Shown: in pieces, positions 8,037 to 17,179 of the stretch
Numbering within the stretch: position 1 is the stretch's first letter
How the letters are laid out: each line of letters starts with the position of its first letter
NCBI GenBank assembly: GCA_052035175.1
Contig: JBPOHV010000001.1
Span: 297,569 to 361,568 of the forward strand
Length of the DNA: 64,000 nucleotides
Origin: a candidate division WWE3 bacterium
Lineage (GTDB): Bacteria; Patescibacteriota; WWE3; UBA101185; UBA10185
Direction: 5' to 3'
Position numbers and translations under genes: made by a program
Notes under the pieces: model-generated
Seen by the model: only the letters and a program-made list of their open reading frames with translations
What the model was told of the DNA's origin: nothing
The model's database searches: none

Positions 8037-8453
8037 TTATATTCTTCTTTTCTTTTGTGGCCTGCAACCATTGTGTGGTAGAGGTGTCACGTCGGAAATT
8101 GCTATTATATTTAATCCTACGTTTTTTAATGCTTTGATCGCAGATATTCTGCCTAAACCAGGTCCTTTAACTATAACGGCTAATTCTTGTAAGCCTGCTG
8201 CTTTTGCCTTTGCTGCCAATGCTTCTGCTGCTTTTGTAGCTGCATAAGGTGTAGACTTTCTAGAACCTTTAAAGCCTGCTGTGCCTGCACTTCCAGAAAA
8301 TAATGTGTTTCCATTAACATCTGTAAGTGTGATTATTGTGTTATTAAAACCTGCACTAATATACGCTCTACCAGAAGCAGGTATGACCTTTGTTTTAGTC
8401 TTTTTTTGTTTATGCACTATTGCTTTTGGTGCTACTACTTCTTTTTTTGCCAT
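8037..8453 (-). CDS. rpsK: 30S ribosomal protein S11
   Basis: [30 protein letters not shown]. Confidence 0.97.
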   Translation of the reverse strand: MAKKEVVAPKAIVHKQKKTKTKVIPASGRAYISAGFNNTIITLTDVNGNTLFSGSAGTAGFKGSRKSTPYAATKAAEALAAKAKAAGLQELAVIVKGPGLGRISAIKALKNVGLNIIAISDVTPLPHNGCRPQKKRRI

Positions 8454-8498
8454 ATATTTATTTAACTTACTTTCGAACCTTCAAGAAAGGAGCGGAGC

Positions 8499-8885
8499 TC
8501 ATTTCTTAGCTAGCTTTTTCTTTTGTCCACCGACTGTCTTTCGTTTTCCTTTTCTAGTACGTGCATTTCTGCGAGTACTTTGGCCTCTTACTGGAAGACC
8601 TTGTCTGTGTCTGTTACCTCTATAACTCTTAATTTCTTGTAATCTACGTATATTTTGAGAGACTATTCTTTTTGCTTCACCTTCTACTGGTAATTTCAAT
8701 TCTGCGATCGCAGTTCTAATCTTTGAAGCATCTTCTTCAGATATATTTTTTGCTCTCAAATCAGAGCTAACTTGTGCAATTTTCAAAATTTCTTTGGCTC
8801 TTGCTGGACCGATTCCATAAATGTATGTTAGAGCTATTTCTATTCTTTTATCATTTGGTATGTCAACACCAGCAATTCTCGGCAT
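8499..8885 (-). CDS. rpsM: 30S ribosomal protein S13
   Basis: [25 protein letters not shown]. Confidence 0.97.
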   Translation of the reverse strand: MPRIAGVDIPNDKRIEIALTYIYGIGPARAKEILKIAQVSSDLRAKNISEEDASKIRTAIAELKLPVEGEAKRIVSQNIRRLQEIKSYRGNRHRQGLPVRGQSTRRNARTRKGKRKTVGGQKKKLAKK

Positions 8886-8886
8886 T

Positions 8887-9000
8887 TTATCCTTGTCTTT
8901 GTTTGTGCTTTGGAGTTTTACAAATAACTCTTATAACACCCTTTCTTTTTACTAATTTACAGTTTCTGCAAATCTTTTTTACTGATGCTCTAACTTTCAT
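8887..9000 (-). CDS. rpmJ: 50S ribosomal protein L36 (Zn-binding type)
   Basis: Below the ORF-track cutoff. Translated by hand: [37 protein letters not shown]. Confidence 0.97.
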   Translation of the reverse strand: MKVRASVKKICRNCKLVKRKGVIRVICKTPKHKQRQG

Positions 9001-9008
9001 ATTTTTAT

Positions 9009-9224
9009 CTATCTATACCTGTATACGATTCTGCCACGTGTAAGGTCGTGTGGAGAAAATTCTACTTTTACTTTATCTCCAGGTAAAGGCCAAACCCGTG
9101 CTTTACGCATTTTGCCAGACATTATAGCAAATGCTGTGACACCTTCATCCAATTCGATCACAAACAAACCTGTTTGCGCTTCTTTGACTTTTCCATCTTT
9201 TATAACAACTTCTTTTGTAGACAT
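9009..9224 (-). CDS. infA: Translation initiation factor IF-1
   Basis: SGKMR...[23 protein letters not shown]; located before rpmJ. Confidence 0.93.
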   Translation of the reverse strand: MSTKEVVIKDGKVKEAQTGLFVIELDEGVTAFAIMSGKMRKARVWPLPGDKVKVEFSPHDLTRGRIVYRYR

Positions 9225-9249
9225 TTATTCTTAACTACTGACGCGCCTG

Positions 9250-9278
9250 ATTCTAGCAAACGCAGTGCATTAGGTCAA
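9250..9278 (-). promoter_or_regulatory. Sigma70-type promoter of the infA-rpoA operon
   Basis: Minus strand TTGACC-N17-TAGAAT, with TG extension. Confidence 0.75.
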
Positions 9279-9330
9279 CAAATTCTTGACTTTGTATCCT
9301 TTATTATAGAAAATGTTCCCAATTAAGAAA

Positions 9331-9557
9331 AGCGTTGGATTTATTATATTATATAAATAGGCATAAATTCTATATATATAAATAAAAATTCAAAAGAAAG
9401 CTTCCAACTTTCAAGCTCTTGAGAGGACGCTGCCAGGCTATATTAACAGCGAAAACTCAAGCGGGAGGCCCGTGACAGCTATAACAAAAAAGTGAAAAGT
9501 ACCAGGTGGTACCGACCCGAAACCGGGTCCCTGGCGTTGCGTAGTCAGGCCTTTTTT
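9331..9557 (+). promoter_or_regulatory. T-box riboswitch (Ser, AGC specifier) upstream of serS
   Basis: Antiterminator CCAGG-TGGTACC-GACCC-GAAACC-GGGTC-CCTGG (9502-9534) overlaps terminator CCTGGC...GTCAGG-CC-T6 (9530-9557). Stem II 9418-9461. Stem I base GTTGGA/TCCAAC with GAA-AGC at 9396-9401. Confidence 0.85.
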
Positions 9558-9587
9558 GTATTTAATTTCTGGCTACAGAAGGAAAAT

Positions 9588-10829
9588 ATGCTAGATATAA
9601 AATTGATTCGTGAAAACCCTGAGAAGGTAAAAGCTGGTGTACAAGCAAAGCAGCATGATCCAGCTATAGTTGATCAAGTTGTAGTAGCCGATACTCAAAG
9701 ATTGGCTTTATTAAAAGAAATTGAAGATCTTAGAAGCCAAAGAAACAAAGCATCCTCAGAAAAAAACATTGAAGAAGGTAAAAAGCTAAAAGAATTGCTC
9801 AAGCTTAAAGAGCCAGAATTAGGTGTTTTAGACGAGAAATTCTTTTCACTCCTCAATCAAATCCCAAATATACCTTTAGATGCCGCTCCAATTGGTAAAT
9901 CTGATAATGATAATGTTGAGCTTAGAAAATGGGGAACTGTTAGAGAGTTTTCTTTTAAACCAAAAGATCATTTGGAACTAGGAACTACTCTCAAAGTATT
10001 AGACTTTGATTCTGGCGCAAAAGTTACGGGATCACAATTCTACTATTTGTATAACGAAGGTGCAGTTTTGGAGTTGGCTTTAACAATGTATGCTTTTGAT
10101 CTTTTATCTAAGCAAGGTTTTACTCCAGTTATTACGCCAGACTTGGCCAAATCGCGATATTACTTGGGTACGGGTTATGCTCCAAAAGGTAATGAAGCAC
10201 AGACTTATACAATAGAGGGGGAAGATTTAGGCCTTATTGCTACGGCAGAAGTTACTCTGGCTGGTAAGCATGCAGACGAAATCATACCAGAAAGCTCTTT
10301 GCCGATAAAATATATTGGTTATTCGCATTGCTTTAGAAAAGAAGCTGGCGCGTATGGTAAATACTCAAAAGGTATGTATAGAGTACATCAATTCACAAAA
10401 GCCGAAATGTTTATTTATTGTAAGCCAGAAGATTCTGAAGCTTACCACCAAGAAATTTTGGCAATGGAAGAAAAGATTTATCAATCTCTAAACCTACCTT
10501 ATAGAGTATTAGAAATGTGTACGGGAGATCTTGGTGCTATGGCTGCTAGAAAATACGATGTCGAAGTTTGGTTGCCTGGTCGTGGCGATTATGGCGAAGT
10601 TACCTCAACTTCAAACTGTACAGATTATCAAGCGAGAAATCTGAATATACGATTTAAGCGTGCTGATAATACTATTGAATATGTTCATATGTTGAATGGA
10701 ACTGCGATTGTAATGTCACGTGTACCTTTGGCTATATTAGAAAACTTTCAACAAGAAGATGGGTCTATAATTATTCCAGAGGTACTTAGAAAGTACACAG
10801 GGTTTGATATTATAAAGCCAAAGTCATGA
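9588..10829 (+). CDS. serS: Serine--tRNA ligase
   Basis: MLDIKLIREN start (ATG 9588), LIATAEV, CFRKEAG, RVHQFTKAE, STSNCTDYQAR, HMLNGTA. Confidence 0.97.
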   Translation: MLDIKLIRENPEKVKAGVQAKQHDPAIVDQVVVADTQRLALLKEIEDLRSQRNKASSEKNIEEGKKLKELLKLKEPELGVLDEKFFSLLNQIPNIPLDAAPIGKSDNDNVELRKWGTVREFSFKPKDHLELGTTLKVLDFDSGAKVTGSQFYYLYNEGAVLELALTMYAFDLLSKQGFTPVITPDLAKSRYYLGTGYAPKGNEAQTYTIEGEDLGLIATAEVTLAGKHADEIIPESSLPIKYIGYSHCFRKEAGAYGKYSKGMYRVHQFTKAEMFIYCKPEDSEAYHQEILAMEEKIYQSLNLPYRVLEMCTGDLGAMAARKYDVEVWLPGRGDYGEVTSTSNCTDYQARNLNIRFKRADNTIEYVHMLNGTAIVMSRVPLAILENFQQEDGSIIIPEVLRKYTGFDIIKPKS

Positions 10830-11509
10830 TGCACACTGAAACAACACAAAAGGTTATATTTGAAACTGAATCTAAATTTAGTGGAAAAATCGAAGTAGTT
10901 GATACAGGCAAAATTCGAAAGCTTTTGGTAAATGGAATTTTGCAATCTATTAATTATGATTATCCTCATATAAAGAGACTTGTATGGGGGAGTGTAGTTG
11001 ATCTACTCAAAGATAAAGAGCCAAATTTGATGAAAGTTTTGTTTATGGGTCTTGGAGGCGGTTGTATGCAAAAACTTGTGTCACAATCATTTCCAGACGC
11101 AAAACTCGCAAGCATCGAGATAGATGAAGAAATAATAAATATAGCAAAACAATACTTTGGTTTAGATAGTATTCCAAATCACACAATTATTCATGAGGAT
11201 GCCTTACGTGTAGTGCATCATCCAACTAATTACGGGCTAAATAAAGAAGGCTTTCAAGTAATAATCGTAGACGTTGTAATCGGAGAAGAATACCCAGATG
11301 TTTGTAAGACGGGGAATTTCTTAAATGCGGTTAAAGATATGTGTATGCCTGGAGGATTGGTAATTTTTGTACGAAATTATAGAGAACACCATCAAGAAGA
11401 TGTAGATACTTTTGTATCTATGTGCGAAGACTTTTTCAAAGATTGCAATTCATTTGCGATCGCTGGTAAAACCAATTCTGATAATTTAGTTATTTACGGT
11501 AGAGCGTAG
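10826..11509 (+). CDS. Spermidine-synthase-like class I SAM-dependent transferase
   Basis: VLFMGLGGG, IEIDEEIINIAKQYFG, HEDAL, VIIVD. Confidence 0.75.
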   Translation: MMHTETTQKVIFETESKFSGKIEVVDTGKIRKLLVNGILQSINYDYPHIKRLVWGSVVDLLKDKEPNLMKVLFMGLGGGCMQKLVSQSFPDAKLASIEIDEEIINIAKQYFGLDSIPNHTIIHEDALRVVHHPTNYGLNKEGFQVIIVDVVIGEEYPDVCKTGNFLNAVKDMCMPGGLVIFVRNYREHHQEDVDTFVSMCEDFFKDCNSFAIAGKTNSDNLVIYGRA

Positions 11510-11513
11510 TTTT

Positions 11514-12278
11514 ATGACTATTTTTCAATCTTTAATTTTGGGTGCTGTTCAAGGGTTAACCGAATTTATTCCTGTATCTTCTTCTGGTCATTTAGTTTTA
11601 GTCCCTATGATTTTTGGTTGGGCGTATCAGTCATTGACATTTGATTTGGTTTTACATTTTGGTACGGCTTTGGCATTGATAATTTATTTTTGGAAAGATC
11701 TCATTGGTTTATTAAAAAATATGTCTTTGTTAAAGCTTTTGATTGTAGGTTCTATTCCGGCTGTTGTTTTGGGAGTTTTGTTTGAAAATGCGTTTGAATT
11801 TTATTTTAGAAGCGAATTGTGGGTCGTTTTATTTTTGCTACTCGGCAGTATACTTATGTTTCTTGCAGAAAAACTTTTTGTAAATCGCCAATCTGTTGTA
11901 AGTAATGTAAATGATATTGGGTTAAAAAAAGCATTTTTAGTAGGATGTTTTCAAGCTTTGGCCTTATTTCCTGGATTTTCAAGATCTGGTTCTACGATAT
12001 CAGGCTCAATGTTGTTAGGCCTTGATCGCGAGCAAGCTGCAAGATTCTCTTTTTTGCTTTCTTTGCCAATAGTCTTGGCAGCAGGATTTTTCAAATTATT
12101 GGGTTCTTATAATCAATTGACCTTAGACGCGAGTATAGTAATTGGTTTTTTCACGAGCTTTTTGGTAGGTCTATTTGCTATTAGTTTTTTGATGAAATTT
12201 TTGAAAACAAATAAACTGTATGTGTTTGTGATGTATCGTGTGATCTTGTGCGTTGTTTTATTATTGATGATTATTTGA
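11514..12278 (+). CDS. uppP: Undecaprenyl-diphosphate phosphatase
   Basis: GAVQGLTEFIPVSSSGHL, PGFSRSGSTI, ARFSFLL. Confidence 0.95.
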   Translation: MTIFQSLILGAVQGLTEFIPVSSSGHLVLVPMIFGWAYQSLTFDLVLHFGTALALIIYFWKDLIGLLKNMSLLKLLIVGSIPAVVLGVLFENAFEFYFRSELWVVLFLLLGSILMFLAEKLFVNRQSVVSNVNDIGLKKAFLVGCFQALALFPGFSRSGSTISGSMLLGLDREQAARFSFLLSLPIVLAAGFFKLLGSYNQLTLDASIVIGFFTSFLVGLFAISFLMKFLKTNKLYVFVMYRVILCVVLLLMII

Positions 12279-12774
12279 GCTTTTTTATCTTTTTGATTAT
12301 TTCACTTGTTGAATTTATCTGACACAGTCTTGGATCTTGTATAAGCTTATCAAGTCTCACATACTTTATTCCTCTTATTTTTTCGTCCAGACGTTTTGTG
12401 TAACCAAAATTGGCACCAAAAGTGACTGTGTTTGGTTTTAAGAGTTGATATAAGTTTAAATAATATGAACTTTCTACACGATCTAATGTATCTATCAAAA
12501 ATACAAAGTCTGTTGATCTATGCGCTGCTACGAGTTCGGTGCGTTCACGCTCGTCTAGTATAGGTCTTCCGGTACTTTTGTATTGTTGAATATTTTTATT
12601 GGGCTCAACACCAACTATTAATACATCCCCTTTTTTCTTGGATGTTTCTATAACGTATGAATGCCCAGTATGAAAAAGATCAAATGTTCCATGTGTAAAA
12701 ATAATAGTTTTACCTTGTTTTTTGAGCTGCTGTGCAACGTCTATGATAGTGTTAGTTCGAAGTATGTACGCCAC
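12271..12774 (-). CDS. Cytidylyl/adenylyltransferase family protein (RfaE-C/TagD-like)
   Basis: FTHGTFDLFHTGH (HxGH motif), GDVLIVGV, RPI...ER, STSEII. Confidence 0.85.
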   Translation of the reverse strand: MAYILRTNTIIDVAQQLKKQGKTIIFTHGTFDLFHTGHSYVIETSKKKGDVLIVGVEPNKNIQQYKSTGRPILDERERTELVAAHRSTDFVFLIDTLDRVESSYYLNLYQLLKPNTVTFGANFGYTKRLDEKIRGIKYVRLDKLIQDPRLCQINSTSEIIKKIKKLK

Positions 12775-12796
12775 TTTGAGGAAATTCTACCACAAT

Positions 12797-12856
12797 AGGA
12801 CTGTACTTGATTAACAGCTGTCTAAGTAAGGACTGTCCTTCATTGGGACTGACCTT
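12797..12856 (+). repeat. Three copies of a quasi-palindromic RGGACTGWMCTT unit in the divergent promoter region
   Basis: AGGACTGTACTT 12797, AGGACTGTCCTT 12829, GGGACTGACCTT 12845. Confidence 0.6.
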
Positions 12857-12881
12857 TGTAGGTGCTATAATCATTTACGCT

Positions 12882-15428
12882 ATGTTTGGCATGCTCTTTG
12901 ATGCAAATGAAAAACAAATAGTTAAACTAAAGAAAATTGTTGCAGAGATAAATCTTTTGGGCGATGAAGTGGCCAAAATGTCTGATGAAGAAATTCGCAC
13001 GCAAACTTTAGCCTGGAAAAATGAATTGCATACATTACCTCAAGAAAGTCTCGAAAAGAAACTTTCAGAAATATTACCAAGGGCTTTTGCATTAGGTAGA
13101 GAGATGAGTAATCGTATTTTGCATATGCGTCATTACGATGTCCAACTTCTTGCTGGTATAGTTTTGCATCAAGGTAAAGTCGCAGAACAAAAAACCGGCG
13201 AAGGTAAAACACTAACGGCAACCTTACCTTTGTATTTAAACTCTTTAACTGGTCGAGGCGTACACCTTGTTACACCAAACGATTATTTGTCTAGGCATGG
13301 CGCAGGATGGATGGGTCCTTTGTATCATGCTCTTGGTATAAGTGTTGCAGTTATTATGTCTGATCAAAAATCTTTTGTTTATGACCCTAATTTTCAGAAT
13401 ACAGAGTTTGAAGACTCTTATACTATTCATTTTAGACCAGTTACACGAGCAGAAGCTTACAAATGCGATATTTTGTATGGAACTAATCACGAATTTGGTT
13501 TTGACTATTTGCGAGACAGTAGCGCTGAGAAACTTGATTCTATTGTACAAACAAATGCCGTAGGAGATTGGGGTGCCCACAATTTTGCAGTTATCGATGA
13601 AGTAGACAACATATTGATTGATTTTGCTCGTACACCGTTAATTATCGCGGGTATTGATGTAGAGAGTTCACAACGTTATCAAGAGGCCGATAAAATAATT
13701 CGTCAACTTAGTAAAGATACTGACTATGATATCGACGAAAAATATAAAAATGTGACACTTACAGATTTGGGTATCCGTCGTATAGAAAATATGTTGGGTA
13801 TTAAAAATTTGTATGAACAAGATTTTGAAATGGTGCACCTTATCGAACAATCTTTAAAAGCTCACACATTAATGCATAAGGATAAAGATTATGTTGTTAA
13901 AAATGGCCAAGTTTTAATTGTCGATCAGTTTACAGGTAGAATTTTGGAAAGTAATAGGTTTTCCGAAGGTTTGCATCAAGCAATTGAAGTGAAAGAGGGT
14001 GTTGCTGTTCAGAGTGAAAATAAAACAATGGCAACAATTTCTTATCAAAACTATTACAGGAAGTATTCTAAGTTAGCCGGTATGACTGGTACAGCGGCAA
14101 CAGAAGCAGAAGAGCTGTATAAGATTTATAAATTAGAAGTAGTTGTAATACCTACTCACAAAAAAGTTAGCCGTAGTGACCATAACGATGTAGTTTATAA
14201 AACTGTAAATGCAAAATTCAAAGCAGTAGCTGATGAAATCGAAGATTGTTATAACCGGGGTCAACCTGTTTTGATAGGTACAACTACAATCGAAAAAAGT
14301 GAAGACTTACATAGTTTATTAGAGCGTCGTCATATTCCACATGAAATTTTGAATGCAAAAAACCATGAGAGAGAAGCTATGATAATCGCACAAGCTGGGC
14401 GAAAGCACGCAGTAACAATAGCTACAAATATGGCTGGTCGCGGTGTCGATATCAAACTTGGTGGCGATCCTTTTAATCAAGCAGAGTTTGATGAAGTAGC
14501 AGCATTGGGAGGTTTGCACGTCATTGGTACAGAGCGCCATGAGTCTCGTAGAATAGATAACCAATTGCGTGGTCGATCAGGTCGTCAAGGCGATCCTGGT
14601 TCTTCTAGGTTTTATGTAGCGTTGAATGATGAATTGATGAGGGTTTTTGGTGGTGATGCTATTAGCAGTTTGATGGGTAAGTTTGGAATGGCAGAAGATA
14701 TCCCGCTTGAAGCAAGTTTGGTGAGCCGTGCAATTGAGAATGCACAAAAAAAGGTTGAAGGTTTAAACTTTGATACTCGTAAGAGATTGGTCGAGCGCGA
14801 TGATGTGATGAATATTCACCGAGAAACTGTTTATAAATTGAGACGTAGACTTTTGGAAATGAGTGAAGGTATTTCTGAACATGAAGATTGGTTTCTTTCT
14901 AAATTAAAAGAATTCGCCAACTTTGATACCAATATTTGGTATGAGCGCCAAAGTAAAGTTGGTGCCGAACGCTGGAATTTGTTGATAAAGGTAGCATGTT
15001 TACCTGTAGTAGATACATTGTGGATGGAGCACTTGGTTGATATGGGTCAATTGCAAGATGGTATGAATTTAATTCAGTATGCACAGCGTGAGCCGTTGGT
15101 TGAATATAAGAGTCGTGCGCATGAAAGATTTGAGGTGTTAGTCACAAAGATTTATACACTTATTGCTGAGCGTGTTTTAAATATGTCTGAGAATGCAGGG
15201 TCTTTAGAAATTTCTGATACACACAAACGACGCATGGATCGCGTTGTCTACAATGCTGGTAAATTTGAAAGTGGCGTCACAGATGAGGCACGTCAGTATA
15301 CACAAAATAATGTGTCACGTAATTATAGTGACAGATTAAAACCTGTAGGTAATGCTCAGAAAGTTGGTCGAAATGACCCATGCCCTTGCGGAAGTGGCAA
15401 GAAGTACAAGCATTGCCACGGTAAATAA
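12882..15428 (+). CDS. secA: Preprotein translocase ATPase SecA
   Basis: KTGEGKTL, IDEVD, ATNMAGRG, RIDNQLRGRSGRQGDPG and a C-terminal SEC-C motif. Start ATG 12882 after TGCTATAAT. Confidence 0.97.
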   Translation: MFGMLFDANEKQIVKLKKIVAEINLLGDEVAKMSDEEIRTQTLAWKNELHTLPQESLEKKLSEILPRAFALGREMSNRILHMRHYDVQLLAGIVLHQGKVAEQKTGEGKTLTATLPLYLNSLTGRGVHLVTPNDYLSRHGAGWMGPLYHALGISVAVIMSDQKSFVYDPNFQNTEFEDSYTIHFRPVTRAEAYKCDILYGTNHEFGFDYLRDSSAEKLDSIVQTNAVGDWGAHNFAVIDEVDNILIDFARTPLIIAGIDVESSQRYQEADKIIRQLSKDTDYDIDEKYKNVTLTDLGIRRIENMLGIKNLYEQDFEMVHLIEQSLKAHTLMHKDKDYVVKNGQVLIVDQFTGRILESNRFSEGLHQAIEVKEGVAVQSENKTMATISYQNYYRKYSKLAGMTGTAATEAEELYKIYKLEVVVIPTHKKVSRSDHNDVVYKTVNAKFKAVADEIEDCYNRGQPVLIGTTTIEKSEDLHSLLERRHIPHEILNAKNHEREAMIIAQAGRKHAVTIATNMAGRGVDIKLGGDPFNQAEFDEVAALGGLHVIGTERHESRRIDNQLRGRSGRQGDPGSSRFYVALNDELMRVFGGDAISSLMGKFGMAEDIPLEASLVSRAIENAQKKVEGLNFDTRKRLVERDDVMNIHRETVYKLRRRLLEMSEGISEHEDWFLSKLKEFANFDTNIWYERQSKVGAERWNLLIKVACLPVVDTLWMEHLVDMGQLQDGMNLIQYAQREPLVEYKSRAHERFEVLVTKIYTLIAERVLNMSENAGSLEISDTHKRRMDRVVYNAGKFESGVTDEARQYTQNNVSRNYSDRLKPVGNAQKVGRNDPCPCGSGKKYKHCHGK

Positions 15429-15445
15429 TTTGCTAAGATATAAAC

Positions 15446-16096
15446 ATAACAACTTCTAATTTTTCGAAAAAACCAATATTAATATTCGATTTTGATGGAA
15501 CTATAGCCGATACTTTTCAAATCGTATTAGATATTATCAACGATAATCCTAGTGCCTACGGTGTAGATGGTATTACAAAAGAAGAAGCAATACGGCTTAG
15601 AAATTTGGAACTTCCTTATCTTTTGAAAGAATTTAATATACATATTTTGCAACTTCCGTTTATTTTGGCGAAGTTGAGACGTGAAATTAAAAAAAGATAT
15701 TACGAAGTAAAACCTTTTGATAGGATGCCTGTATTACTTCACGAATTGTATGATGAAGGTTTTGAAATGGGTATCGTTTCTAGTAACTATGTCAAAACTA
15801 TTAAAAGCTTCTTATCTAAATATGATATGGAATATTTTAAATATGTATATGCTGACAAACACATATTTACAAAGAAAAATCTGTTAAACAAGGCAATAAA
15901 AGAACATAAGCTAGATCGCGATAATGTGATTTACATCGGTGATGAGTTGAGAGATATAGAAGCCGCTGTATCAGCCGGTGTAAAAATTTGTAGCGTCAGC
16001 TGGGGATTTAATAGTGTTGAGGTGCTTTCAAAATATAATAAAGATTCTTTGGCTAACACACCAGAAGAGTTAAAATATAAATTACATACACTATGA
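15446..16096 (+). CDS. HAD-family phosphatase (Gph-like); no canonical start codon
   Basis: The frame extends upstream of 15605 to include motif I IFDFDGTIADT. Also GIVSSN, YIGDELRDI, VSWGFN. Only ATA codons are available as a start after the in-frame stop at 15434. Confidence 0.8.
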   Translation: MTTSNFSKKPILIFDFDGTIADTFQIVLDIINDNPSAYGVDGITKEEAIRLRNLELPYLLKEFNIHILQLPFILAKLRREIKKRYYEVKPFDRMPVLLHELYDEGFEMGIVSSNYVKTIKSFLSKYDMEYFKYVYADKHIFTKKNLLNKAIKEHKLDRDNVIYIGDELRDIEAAVSAGVKICSVSWGFNSVEVLSKYNKDSLANTPEELKYKLHTL

Positions 16097-17148
16097 AACC
16101 AAAAATTGTTGTAGTAGGTGGCGGGACAGGTTCACATACTCTTTTGAGCGGTCTAAAAGCGCTCGATTGTGATTTATTTTCAATTGTTACAGTTGCAGAT
16201 AGTGGTGGAAGCACAGGTCGTTTACGAGATGAATTTGGGTATTTACCAATGGGTGATTTTAGAATGTCGTTGGTGGGTATGGCACAAAGCGACCCAGATG
16301 CTGTGATGCGTAAATTGTTTATGTATAGATTTGATAGGGGTGAACAAGGTTTACGTGGCCATAATTTTGGTAACTTAATGTTGGTTGCTTTGACAGATAT
16401 CTTGAAATCTGAAGAAAAAGCTTTTGAGTATGCATCGCATATTTTGAATGTAAAAGGAACAGTTTTACCTGTAACAACTTCTCAAGTGACTTTGATGGCT
16501 GAATATGAAAATGGAGAGATCTTGGAAGGTGAGGCAAGTATAGATTATCCACCTAGTGAACATGATGGTACTTTGCACATAAAGAGATTGTTTCTCAAAG
16601 ACCCAGCAACAATTTCTGATGCAGCAAAAGCGGCGTTGCTCAATGCTGACTACATAATTATTTCGCCTGGTGATTTGTATACTAGTATATTGGCGAATGT
16701 TGTAGTTTCTGGTGTATCTGAAGCTATCTCACATAGTCACGCAAAACTAATTTATATATCAAATCTTATGTCAAAGTGGGGGCAAACATATAATTTTAAA
16801 ACGAGTAATTATCTACATGAGTTGAAAAAATACATTTCTAGAGTTCCAGATATTGTTTTGATCAATAATGCAGAATTGCCAGAAGATATTTTGGAGTCTT
16901 ATTCAAAAGAAAATAATCATAAAGTAATTAATGACTTAGAAAGTAATGAGGAGTGCAGTGTGATATGTGTAGATTTACTTGCTGACGAAAAAGTAAGACT
17001 TGTTTCTGGAGATTTAGTTAAGAGAAGCTTGATCAGACATAGTCCAGAAAAGCTATCACGTGAAATTTCCAAAATAATTTTCACAGACGAAATATCTAAT
17101 CTTCAGTCTGGTATGAGTGACTTGGCTAACATGAATATGATTATCTGA
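16093..17148 (+). CDS. yvcK: YvcK/GlmR (CofD-like, UPF0052) protein
   Basis: IVVVGGGTG, VADSGGSTGRLR, GHNFGNL, PGDLYTSI. Confidence 0.9.
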   Translation: MKPKIVVVGGGTGSHTLLSGLKALDCDLFSIVTVADSGGSTGRLRDEFGYLPMGDFRMSLVGMAQSDPDAVMRKLFMYRFDRGEQGLRGHNFGNLMLVALTDILKSEEKAFEYASHILNVKGTVLPVTTSQVTLMAEYENGEILEGEASIDYPPSEHDGTLHIKRLFLKDPATISDAAKAALLNADYIIISPGDLYTSILANVVVSGVSEAISHSHAKLIYISNLMSKWGQTYNFKTSNYLHELKKYISRVPDIVLINNAELPEDILESYSKENNHKVINDLESNEECSVICVDLLADEKVRLVSGDLVKRSLIRHSPEKLSREISKIIFTDEISNLQSGMSDLANMNMII

Positions 17149-17179
17149 TTTTGGCTTGACTGCTATAATATCAATGTAA

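Noticed and set aside
9340-9395. AT-rich TATATA tract as replication origin or microsatellite
   Set aside because: No DnaA-box cluster was noticed. It is better explained as the distal part of T-box Stem I.
9492-9587. N-terminal extension of SerS (MKSTRWYRPETG...)
   Set aside because: It is the T-box antiterminator/terminator read in frame. The typical SerS start MLDIK is at 9588.
12807-12881. N-terminal extension of SecA
   Set aside because: It covers the promoter and repeat region. ATG 12882 follows the extended -10.
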